From Balanoglossus misakiensis (lineage: Eukaryota; Animalia; Hemichordata): a stretch of 64,000 bases of DNA. The DNA is taken from NCBI GenBank assembly GCA_040954595.2, contig CM082586.2, positions 6,000,509 through 6,064,508 of the forward strand. Reading direction: 5' to 3'. Each line of letters opens with the position of its first letter. Within the stretch, counting starts at the first letter, position 1. The position numbers were made by a program, and so were the translations under genes. Positions 27,039-39,400 of this stretch are shown one piece after another. Below the pieces are notes generated by a model. The model had not been told where the DNA came from, did no database searches, and saw only the letters and a list, made by a program, of their open reading frames with translations.

Positions 27039-29755
27039 CTATCCCTGCAACAGATCAAATCCAAAGAGCATGTCAGCAACAGCATCGCACAGAGACAGAA
27101 GTTTGAACGGTGCATGTTCGGCTATTTCCTTGGCGTGGGGAATTGAGTCGGTGATCCAGAACTCTTCAAATTTGACCGGACTGTCGACGAACGACTGCCA
27201 CGATTTGTTGGGAAACACGGCGTGGGTGACGTAGGCGCTGATTGCGGAAGCTCCCTTGTCCATAAGTGCCTGGAAAAAAACAGCGGCCAGAAAGGAACGG
27301 ACTGTTATAAATGGAGAAAAATATCATTATACAGGACCATGGTGTTTTGGCCAAATTAGCTGTGTTACGTTGATACATGGTGTACTATGACAACTTACTT
27401 GAGCACAGTTCTTCAGTGTCCCTCCAGTCTGGATCAAATCATCAACAATGATGACTTTCTTCCCAGAGGGATCACCTGAAATTTAATACACAGTAAATGG
27501 AGACACAAATCCAAAACTTCAGTACTTCTACATAAGATGGTACCATTACTTAGCCTACTGTAACCCTTTCACCCCAGTTCCCTCTTAAGAGGTCCAACCT
27601 TAACATTGAAAACAATGGGTTTGGACTAAACCATGGTGTGTGAGGGTTAACGTATGATAAGCTGTAAATTTTGGCAATGTTTTTTTTCTATTTTTGTTGT
27701 TTTTTCTGAAGCACCAACATCTTCAAATTTGTCAACGTATACGCACCATCCTTGACCTTGACAACTCTCTTGTTGCCGTCTCGTATCTTGGCACAGGTGA
27801 TAGTCTCAAAATCATCAAATGAGGTGTGGAATCGCTTAAAAGCACCGTCGTCCGGGAACGCGATGCATATGTTCGCCTTGTCGGGCATTCTGCTGATCTC
27901 TCTCAACAGCAAGGGAATGGCTGTCTCTAATCTGTAACAGAGAAATACAAAGACCCATAATGGCTACATTTGCGATTTGTAACAGAGGCACGTCCTGCCG
28001 CAGCACTGAAAGAATGGTTGGCTTCTGTTTTATATGGAAGTGATTTGTGACAGTCATTTTATCTGAATATATCTGGAGAAACCATTGGCACTTCTATTAT
28101 ATATGAAATTTATCTCGCTAGTAACGGCCATAAATGCATACAAATGCACATACTGGTGTTTAGATATGTGTGCACACATACAGAGGTAAGCACTGTGTCA
28201 ACTGCACTCATAAGCTCCCACTACCAAGGATAAAGCGTGAATCACCAATGGACGAATTGTACCTGGGAATGACTCCGTCCGAAAAGTAGAATCTTTCTTG
28301 CAATGCATGCACGTCGTAGATGACAAGCTGGGCTGGGCCTCTAGCAGTGTACGGGATAGCTGACAAGAGTGTAGCTAAAGTCTGAAAACAAATGATAAAC
28401 TGAGTGATTACTTCCAGGTGTATACTGTACATGTAGTGTGTACACGTATATTTACACATAACACCACAGCTGAAGCTGTCTATACTAGACACTGATGTGA
28501 CAGAGAAAAAAATGTTTGATTTGAAGAAGCTATATTTTGTTCATTTTGAGCACGTAAATGAAATGGTAGATCTCTGTACTGTATGTGCATCATTATCATA
28601 ACTAAATCACCTTTGCCGTGGCAATCTGGCCTTCCGTATCCACCCTTTCCATGGTTCCAGTTGCAAAGTACGGAAGTATACAGGTGAATGATCTGGCAAG
28701 ATATCTGGAATTGAAACCACCATTTCTTGAGTTCACATTCAAATGGAATTCTAAATGGCACTCCACTGAAATCTTGAACTCTTGACATAATTTGACGAGC
28801 TCACTCCACTAGGGGACCTACCTTGGAATGGCATAGAGTATGGAGAGCTGTTCAAACACAACTTCAGGAGAATGAAAACTGCCAATGTATATAACTGTGG
28901 AGAGAAGAGATTGTATAGTGAGTTTTTTGTACCTGACCCCTGGTGACGTTTTCTTCTGAGCGAGTGCAAAGCCCAGAGTTACAGGAAAACTATCTCTGCC
29001 TAGTGATTGTAAAATTATGTGTATATGCTAGTCAGTCTATCTGTCTCTGTTTCTCTTCATACAGTGTTTACTCTCAAACTGCTACAAACCGTCTCTCCCA
29101 TAGCAGCTCTTCACATCTTTGATAAATAAGTTCGGCCACCCATCAGGGAATTTCTCCCATTGTATAGCCTTGGTCTTGAGCTCTATGTTCTGACGACCAC
29201 GGGATGTTTGTCTTGCATAGCCTTGCTGCATGAGAAAATATGATCATTCATAAGGCTATGTCTCCAACGTTAAAGGCCCATGTTTCTTGACAAAATGGGC
29301 GTTTCTATAGAAATAAACATATGACCTTATGAATGTACACACCACAGGGTCAGTGTAAACAAACACAATGACATGTCGGATAGTTATGTTTACCTCCTGT
29401 GTTTCAATTCATGGGGGACCATCTTCGACTGCGAGAATGAATCGGGGGATGTCCCAAATACATGAAAGGCAGGGCTCAGCCTCTGAGAATGCTGTAGTAG
29501 GCTGGACCCGCCCCGTTCAGCTTTGCTTTCGCTTTGCTGGGTCCCATGGATACGGGAAAGTTGAGATAATTGCAATCACGATCAAAACACTGTGGAGTGA
29601 TCTCATACCTCATCGCCTGCATTCTCGGTGGCGTCCACCTCCATCGCCAGTTGACTGCATCTTGCTTTGATCGATTCGGCAAGATGTTCCATGGATGGGT
29701 GGCATAATAAGATTGCGTCTGATCTCGCCGACAAGTTTACTATGGGCGCCGCCAT
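27039..29755 (-). CDS. Ribose-phosphate pyrophosphokinase, class II (plant PRS3/PRS4-like); exons 29755-29609, 29225-29090, 28894-28822, 28704-28611, 28381-28263, 27931-27747, 27475-27399, 27269-27039
   Basis: Motifs WEKFPDGWPNLFI, FEQLSILY, LPYFATGTMERV, GPAQLVIYDVHALQERFYF, AFPDDGAFKRF, IIVDDLIQTGGTL, SAYVTHAVFP and FWITDS closely resemble Arabidopsis PRS4 as I recall it, rather than classical PRPS1. Confidence 0.9.
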
Positions 29756-30128
29756 CTTCGATTGATGTTTGGACGATTCCACGGTGCACTGACATGAGGG
29801 GAAGTTTTGAAGAAGTGGTCTGTACGAAATCGCACATTTACAAGTTTTTTTCCGTGAACTATGATCTTAAGACATACGATTCAGCTCGTGAGGAATTTCT
29901 GTTTTTAATTCAGTAAACGGGTCGTGTGTTTTTATGTATTTAAAACATAATTTCTTAAGCTGGGCATTGCCTGTGCATATAAGTTCAAACTCCCGCTGGA
30001 CACTGCTTTGCATTGTGGGTAGTAACTCACATGGCCGCCATGTTGTAAAGCTGTAACAAGTCGTCGTGAGAGATTTTACAAACGCTGGGTGATTTCTTGT
30101 GATCTGTTAAGTTTCTGCTATAGTTAAG
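29756..30128. promoter_or_regulatory. Bidirectional promoter between the PRPP synthetase and SRRT, with a ZNF143/Staf-like site (TGCATTGTGGGTA, 30009-30021) and YY1-like GCCGCCATG (~30033)
   Basis: The genes diverge within a few hundred bp. The motif is the reverse complement of TACCCACAATGCA, typical of bidirectional promoters. Confidence 0.55.
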
Positions 30129-30407
30129 GTGAGTAAAGTGTAACCGTTTCGCCTTTTGAGGCATTTGAAGGGAATTTAGTGAGTATTATGTGCGCATGGC
30201 GTCTGCTGACAGTGGTGCCATGATAGTTTGCTTGATCGCGACGGTTGGCCATGTTGTTGAGTTAGGCTGTTGGTTCTAAAAGTCGACATGTGTCATATCG
30301 TACATATTTTATGGGTTAACGTTGCGATGCTCACACCTGTTGGCGATTTACTGAATTGGTTTTGTGCGTTTCAGGCCATTGATCAGCTGGTAGCGTCTTG
30401 GTGAACA

Positions 30408-33400
30408 ATGGGTGACAGCGATGAGGAATACGATCGTCGTAGAGGGCGCGACAAATTCAGGAGGGAGAGGAGCGACTACAATGACAGGAGGGACAGAGAA
30501 GATCGCAACAGGAGGGACGATTGGGGAGACAGGTAGGCTCTTCGTGTCTTACACTGGAGTCCCATTTTAACGCACAATGATTGTGTGTGGTAACCGTTTC
30601 AAATGGTTCGTAAATAATGTTTAACTTTACTGTGCTGGTGTGGGAAATCACAGGTGTTCTTTAGATAGATAGTGTCATACATGTACTCTAGTGTGTGGAA
30701 CAAAGCCTTCACCGTAGCTTTCAACCATATGGAGCAAGAGGCAACGTCGACGACTGACTTCAACTGCAGTGAGGGCACAGACGGAACATACTCAATAGAA
30801 AGTGTTATTAATTTCTGCAGGAGGAGAGAGGGTCGTGACACAGGACGGCATGACTGGAGCCGGAGAGATTACTCGGACTACGACAGGCGGCGAGATCGGT
30901 ACAGCCCCCAGAGACGTGATATGAGCCCACCACACATGAAGAGAATGAGAAGGGACTGGTAGGCATAGCTATTTTGAATAGCATTAGTCTTTGTAGATCT
31001 TCATAATAATGGGTGTCATTTCTGTGATTATACCTGTACAAGGAACGTACATGTAGTTCCTTATCTTAGGTTATGTTTGACCAGTGATATAAATGTGGAT
31101 ATGTTTAACAGACGGGCAAGACAAGCTAACAGCCAGTCAAGGCACATAAAGTTTAGTCAGTAATATGTGTGATTCTGTTGTGTTTATGAACATTATAGCC
31201 AGGCGTATGCTGAGTTCAGGTGGGTGTTTTGAGCGGTGACCAGCTGTTGACATCATTGTTGACTACTGAGATATGACACATGCCTGTCACAGTAAAAGTA
31301 GTTTCAAACCAAACCAAGACCGCCGATGTACTTCGATCTGATTACATCTAATACCTTGCTTCGCTTTGCCTCTAGGGATGACACAAGCTATGCTGGTTAC
31401 GAGGCTAACAACATGCAATACGGCGGCGGACACCAGTACGGCCCGCCTCCAGCGTGGGGTCATCCAAGTTCAGATATGCCACATCCACACATGCAGCAGG
31501 CACCCATGCAACACCAGCAAGGAGGACCCAGGTATATTTTCATGATGATGTTTATTAAAAAGATGTATTCAATATTCTCCTCAGAGGGTTTAATGGTACA
31601 CTGGGGTCAATTCCTTCAATTTTTGCATGTATCGAGAAAAATATGTCAAAGAGAAATGCTGGAGTATGGTCAGAGGACCCATTATTTTATGAATTTTAAA
31701 ACACAGTGTATATGAGTGAACCAGTGTGCCCTGTAACAAACATAATTTCTAAAAGCTGTGAGTCAATTTGAGGATTTCTAAAAATGTCTCTGAATCAGCC
31801 CTATACCTTACCTTTGCATGTAGTGTGGACAATTTTCTTGAGTCACCTCTAAGTTTGTTCTTTCAGTGGCGCGTCAAATGGGCTTAGAATGCACACTGTT
31901 GCGAACAGGAAAAAATAAGAAAATCTACATTGACTGTTTGGTTTTTACCCAGGCATGGTGGGGAGATCGACTCAGGCATGCCAAACGTACCCCAGATGAT
32001 GACGTTCAAGCAGTTCTTGGCCAACCAGGACGATTCCATTGATGACCAGGAGGCTGTGAAGAAGTACAATGAATATAAGATTGAATTCAAACGGCAACAG
32101 TTGAGCGATTTCTTTGTGGCACACAAAGAGGAAGAATGGTGAGTCGTCATTTTATTTTTTCTCATTGTTTTCTAGAGAAACCAGTTAGCTGGGTGTTTAT
32201 ATCAAAGTTTTAAAATAACCCCAGAAAAATGGGTGAAAAGAGACACCATGTCAGAAAAAATTGTATAGGCAAAGACATGAAATTTCATTTGAAATATGAT
32301 CTGGGTAATTTGATTTGTCAATATGTGAAATGTAGTTCGTTTTTGTGAGAATATGATCTTTCAAAGGAAATTTCTGTTTCCTCTGTTTCTGAATTTGTGT
32401 AATGTTTTATATATAAGAGGTCCAACCTTACCATAGGAAATAATGGGTTGGACTGAACCATGTTGATGAAAGGGTTAAAATGAAATTAAATTTATAGTTT
32501 TAACACAATGCTCTCCAATGTAGGTTATTCGGTCCAAATTTATTGACTCTGTACAAGTGATGTTCAGTTATATTTTAATCTTCGTTTTCCAAGTTTTGCT
32601 ATTGTGTTTGTGAACCCCCTTCCTGTCAGTATACAATTTTTGTTTACAACGTGCTGTCACATGCAAACCCAAGTCCTTGTAATGTAAACCACTTCAAAGT
32701 CCTGCAAAATCCCCCCTGGAACTTTCAAGTGGTTTTCTCACTGTATGAACCCCTGCAACCAGCGACGGTTGGGGGTCGGAACAAATTCATTGTATTTTTC
32801 CAACAGTAATTACTAACTCTTCTCTCCCTAGCCGTGCTGGAATAGCAAGTTCTACGGAGCGTACATTCGTTGACCTTTCCGCGATCTGGCATTCGGCTCT
32901 AGCTAGTCAGGTCACTGCGCACAATGCAGTGTTTAGGTTATACAGTAATAGGGCTAGCTAGCGTAGGTTTTTTTTATGTACGTACGTTAAATGCCCCGCA
33001 CAGAATGGAAGGAACTCACAACTCGCCCTGAAGATAATCTTCAGGAAATTTGTATTACATTGTGGTAAGATGCGAACAGAATCTTCAAACAGGTATACTC
33101 GAAAACCCAATTCAGGAAACTGAAAAGCTCATTATCATTGCTGGTACTATGACATTTATGTGTGCGATTCAGCTCATTGAAGTTACTGATATGATCAGAG
33201 ATGTTTGGTCAATGCTTATAACAGTATTCAATCTGAAATGAATGGTTGTAACATTGTGGAAAATTTGTCTCTGTTGCTCTGTGTACCCCAGTGGTTTCCC
33301 CAGGATGCATGTTTATCAAAAAAAGAAAAAAAAATAGGGTTCAAGTTCAACCAAATTATGCTGGTGAAAAGATTAATTCTAAGGTGGAATTTCGAAAACT

Positions 33401-36400
33401 GACTCTTGAATAAACCGAAAATTTCAAAATCAATGTATATTTTTGTAGAGTTAATGCTGTCAACAGATGCACATGCACCCTGGGTGAATTCCTTGGAAAT
33501 ATTATGTTATTCATTTACATGGCATTTATACTGTGAAAACTTGACTGAGCACCGCTGGTGTGTGTTGACAGGTTCCGTTCCAAGTATCATCCGGACGAGT
33601 GTGGCAAACGGAAAGAGGAGTCTCTCAGAGCTCTCAAGAACCGGAGAGACGTCTTCCTGGATCTGTACGAGAAAGGATGGCTGGACAAGTTCTCGCTGGA
33701 CATAGACAAACAGGACGAGGTGGTCAAGTTTCTGGACGCATGTAAGTGAAAACTCGTCCAGAAAAAATGACCGCTTGACCGCCATCTTGTGATTTCTGAG
33801 CATCATTTGGTACTGCATGTCAAAGTGAAAAAATTTGAGTTTTTTTGGAAGAAAACAACCTGGCTACACACTGAATTCATAGGAAGTGAAGGACCTCCTC
33901 TCTCATTCCTGGCTGCTGGGAAGATCAATAGTGTTGGGTAAACTCATTCCACATTGTCATGATGACATTCAATTTCTGTTCCTATTTTTTTTTTCCAGCT
34001 GTCATTAAGATGGAAGGGGGTACTGACCACGATCTGAAAGTCTTGGATCAGCCGCTGTCTCCAGTGAAGACAATGAATAGTCCGTACAGAAGGAACAGGT
34101 CGGGGTCCGAGTCGCAACCGGAGAAGACGGCCGATGAAAAAAGGTCAGTACTTTCACTCATCACCGGTCGCTACTTCAGGACATGTGATTAGCTGTATAG
34201 TGTATTAGAGTGCAAAGGTGGTCACATTAGTTTGAACAAGACCACATGTACACATACATGTTGTTTTTAAAGCAAGACTACGATCTACTGAATCAATGCA
34301 GTTCAAATAATAAAGACGGACAAGTATTGGGAATTTGAAAATCAGTGTATCTGTCTTGATTGTATCGGTCTCATAAATTTCAGTTCTCAAAAACGGAGCA
34401 AAGGAGAGGAAACCGAGAGAAGAGGAGAGAAAATGTAAGAGTCTGTGAGTTTGTAGTGTGTCGTGTTCCGTGCAAACTGTAGTCTTGTCAGCTCACTAAC
34501 TTAACACCACTCTCTGATTGTATTGTAGTTGTTAAAGTAAAATAAAGATAATTTTCACTTGCCTTGTTGTGTAACCTTCTCACCCCCGAAGTCACGATGG
34601 TATGATGATAGATCTGTCTTTCAATATACAAAACAGATGGAAGACCATGCTATTCTTGGTTTGGAGGGTGAAAGGGTTTGAATTTTTTGTTTCTTTTATG
34701 TGTAATGACTAATCGTACTGTACTTACTTCTCTACTAAGAGCTTATTATATTATTTAGTAAGTACTAAGAGTAATGTATATCTAATCTTTACTAACATGA
34801 CATTCAGTCCTATTAGTCCTGATTATGTCTGTAATTTTATGGACACAGGTGATGATACAGTCATCCCTGAGGTAGCTTTTTGTCAAGAGCCTGCACTTCC
34901 TTATGTGTGTGGAGAACTCTGTCATTATGTTGATTCTTAAAAGAATTTTTCTTCTGGTTAACTCTACTGCTCCTGCCCTTTTGTAGTGATGAGGAGGAAA
35001 CTGGAGAAGCAAAGAACGACAAAGAGAAGAAATCTGACGCGAAGAGTGAGGTGAGACAATGAAACCCTTCAGTATCATGCTTATTTAGTGTTTGGCTAGA
35101 ATTCAATCTGTGACCAAAACAAAACAACAGCTTGACACTTTCCCAAGGTAACATGAAAGTAATGAGAAGTAGGTTGTGTACTTATGATGTGGTAGCATAT
35201 TTTTTGGTTCCATTTGGTTTATGTGTCTACCATTGGGACCTTATGAAAATGGTTGTGTATGTATGTGTGTATGTATGTATGTATGTATGTATGTATGTAT
35301 GTACGTACAGTAATATGTGCGGTATGTATGTGTGTACGTATGTTAATGTACGTATGTTAATGTATGTATGTTAATGTATGTATGTTAATGTATGTGTGTG
35401 TGTGTTTATATGAATTTCAAATTGCAAGACTGCACACAGTGATGGTTATTTGAAATCTAAGTAGGTTTTTTTTTCTCATGTGTACATTTTTTAGAAGGAT
35501 ATGACAACAGAGCAACAGAAACAGGCCAAAAATGCAGAAGAGTACAAGAAACAGCAAGAGGATGATGAGGATGAGGAGAAGCCGGAGAAGAAGGAAGAAA
35601 AACCACGGAAACGGAGACACGAATACAACTATGATGAAAACGACAGTGTCAGTGGGAGTGACAGTGATGACTCGGAAGCAGACCCTGCACCTCCAGGTGC
35701 GTGTTCATATTTGTGTGCATGTGTGTGTTTCTTGGTCTCTGTGTAGTGTCTATAGTATATCAGTGTTTTTGTCTTACCTAGGTTCCCCTTGGTATATCAT
35801 TGCAGCATATTGCTGGATAGTAGCCGTATTACAAGGGTTCCCAAAAACCCTGTATATGCCCATGTGTTCGTGTGTACAGTCAAACCAGTGTTAGTGGCCT
35901 CCTCTAAATAGTGACCACTTTGTTATAGTCCCTGTGTAAATGTGCATTAATTAACCTCTATATATAGGCCAGTTTAGGAATGTCCCTTGTCTGGCCACTA
36001 TAGACAGGTTCGACTGTATATGTGTCCGTTCATGTATCTCATGTTGTGTATGTGTGCGTCAATGGCAGTCTTTTCTCACCACACTGTCACATTGAAATAC
36101 ACAGGCGTGGAACCACGTGCCCCCGGTGCAGAAACGACTGAAAGTGAAAAACCCAAAGAGGAAAACAAGGAGGAGGAAGGAGCGGAGAAAAAGAAGAAAG
36201 AGGAGGGAGGTTAGTGTGACTGAATCATAATCATATTCACCTAAGTTTGATTGTCCTTAAAAATCTTGACATAGCAATATGTAAAATCCTAGATTTATAT
36301 ACTAGTGGTACATGGATGTTAATTAGGCAAGTGAAAAAAAATGTGTTTTCATCACAAGTTATTAGTTGGATAATGGCAACTTGCCTGTGCTGTAATCAGT

Positions 36401-39400
36401 GAATCCATCTCTCCATCAACAGAGAAAGATGATGAAGAAAAAGAGAAAGATGAGAAGGAGGAAGCGGAGAAGGACAGCAAAGAAGTCGAGAATCAGAAAG
36501 AAGTGAAAGAGACGAAAGCAGAATCGCAACCAGAAGAACCACAACCAAGACCACTTCACAAGACCTACTCTCTTTTTATGAGGAATCTCGCGCCACTGAT
36601 CACGAAAGCTGAAATAGCTGCTGTGAGTCTCCAAAGTTCAATACAGCTTTTACAGAATAATTTTTGTAGTTCAAACAATGTATTCTGCCAACATTCCTCG
36701 AGAGCAAAACTGTCTGCCCTTGATGTGGTGGTTATCATCAAGGACTGTTATTATACTATTTTTTATTTTCCCTCAACAGTTGTGCAAGCGCTATCCTGGG
36801 TTTCTGCGTGTTGCCTTGGCGGATCCGCAGCCGGACAGGAGATTCTACCGTCGAGGCTGGATTACTTTTGACAGAAGTGTGAACATCAAGGAAATTTGCT
36901 GGAATCTCAACAACATTCGGGTGAGAGAATATGGCGTTGTTATTACTGTAAAACACTTTATTTTTGCGAGCAATAAATTTTTCGCTAGAGCCAAACTAGC
37001 GTGAAAATAACAAAATAAAATAAATAAAATAAAAAATTTTTTTTGAAGATAACGATGCAGTAAATGAAATAAGAGAACGCAAAATAAAATACTCGCGAAA
37101 CAGTGGCCTCTCTCGATATCGCGAAATTTTAACTCGCGAAAATAAGTGTTTTACAGTATGTGCTCAAGTACATTGCATTGCATGATGGTGTATGATGTTT
37201 TGTGTATTTCTTTGAAATGGGGTACCAACCGATTAAACACTGCCTTTCTGTGGACACTTACAGCTTCGAGACTGTGAATTAGCGCCGGTGGTAAACCGAG
37301 ACTTGACTCGGCGGATCCGGCCACTGACCACAGGCATCCCAGCGCACAGGCCAGTGCTGAAGAACGACATCAAGACAGCGGCTAAGCTGGTGCAGATGGC
37401 CGACGACAAACATGGACTCTGGAAATACGAAGCAGATGAGAAAACAGACCCTGAAAAAGAGGTGAGACCATTTGCCAGAAAAAATATCCTGATAGGGTCC
37501 ACTATATTAATGAGTTTGTATTACAGTCAAACCTGTGTATAGTGGCAAGTCAAGGGACTTTCGTAAACTGGCCTTCATAGACAGGTGGTCTTTAGAGACA
37601 GGTCAATTAATGCACATTTAAGTTGCACAGGGACTGTAACATAGTGGCCACTATATAGAGGTGGTCACTGTATAGAAGTGGTCACTAACACAGGTCTGAC
37701 TGTATTTGTTTTAGAGCAAATGACATTTGGTACTCTTGTGAGAACTCTGGTATTACCTCATAATGACTCGCCTTTTGACAATCTTTTCAGTCCTTCACGC
37801 TCTCAAAGAACCCAGTCTTGGAGAACATCACCGACTATCTGGTGGACGAGGCCAGCGCTGAGGAGGATGAATTGTTGGGCATGACCTCTGACCCCAAAGA
37901 GGAGCAGAAGGACATCGGCTCCGATGTGCAGATGGAGAGAGACGAGAAACTCATCAAGGTTTGCCACTTTTTTTGGGATCAGAAATCAGAGATTCAGTCT
38001 TGGGTCGGGAGCTGGTGAGGATACTGTAAAAGGGGTTATTTTCGCGAGCAGTAAATTTTTCGCGAAAAATGCGAGAGCCAAAAAAAGCGTGTATATAAAA
38101 AGTCGCGTAAAATGTTTTTCGGAGATAACAATGCAGTAAGCGAAATAAGCAAATGTGAAAATTAATCCTCACTTTTGAAATCGTGAAAATTTTCTGTCAC
38201 GAAAATAACCCGTTTTACGGTACGTCTGTAAGGGTAGAGGTTTCTTTCAAATATAAGCACATGTTGAAAGAACCCCTACAAACAAAATACCTCTGTAAAC
38301 TAGGCAATTTCTTCAGTCCCTTGATGTACGGTTTAGATAGGTTATGCTGTATTTGGTTCTTCCTATTTTTAGGTGTTGGATCGTCTGGTAGTCTACCTGC
38401 GGATTGTACACTCGGTCGACTACTACAATGCCTGTGATTACCCCAATGAAGACGAGATGCCAAACAGATGTGGGATCATGCACTGCAGGGGATCACCACC
38501 ATCTAGAATTACACAGAGTGAAGGTAAGGACTGTTGTGCCTGCCCCTTCCTCCTTTGAACCCCCCATTTCCCTGTATAGAGGTCCAATCTTAACATAGAA
38601 AACAATGGATGTGGACCAAACCACGGCAGTGAAAAGGTCGAGACTTGGTTAACTGTGCAGGACAGTCCATGGATGCAATAAAAATCAACAGCCTTGTCCA
38701 ATCAGCAGACAATAAGCAAATGGGTAAAACGCTCGGTAACTAGTCACATAGGAAACTCTGTCATCACCCTTTTTAGACAAATTGGAAGTGTTTTGTGTTA
38801 CTGCTGTTAACAGCAAACAATTGATGGATTTGCTTTTCCATTTCAGTCACAGACTGGCAGAATGCATTCCAGCAGAAGATCAATCCGTTACTTCATGTAC
38901 CGGATGTCATCACCGAGGAAGAGTTGACCAAACTGGGAAAGAAAGACCCTGAATCATATCCTTTTTAACACGGCAAAACTTCAGTTTGAAAAGGAAATTC
39001 AAATGAAGAGCTGCAGACAGTCTCGTTCCCTTATTATGTAGTATAACTTGAGAAAGGTGCTGGGTCCAGTGTTATGTAAAGGCAGATAATCGTCTTGCAT
39101 GCACAAACATCTCCAATCCAAAATGTTGTGCAAATAGTGGACTGTCCTCGCTTCCATATTTCATGCGCACCGTTTAAGTAGACTTTAGTTTTGTCCCTTC
39201 TTTTTACCAACTTTGCTGTCTTTTCCCGATCTCTGACACAGACTATGGACGCCGCCATCTTGTCTGTTGTTAGGACAGCACACTGCCTTATGGCATAGAC
39301 TGTATACAACTTTTGTAACCAGAGTCTCTGGTTTGGCAGATGCGCATAAGGCGATCATTGCCCTTTAATGTGTGTCCAAAGGCACCCCCACCCAAGTGTC

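Noticed and set aside
29390-29575. Possible extra exon of the PRPP synthetase
   Set aside because: Exon 29755-29609 already joins 29225 in phase 0 and gives a PRS4-like N-terminus; this ORF has no family similarity.
31867-31881. Possible 15-nt SRRT micro-exon after TTTCAG
   Set aside because: It would need a weak non-canonical GC donor and nothing else supports it.
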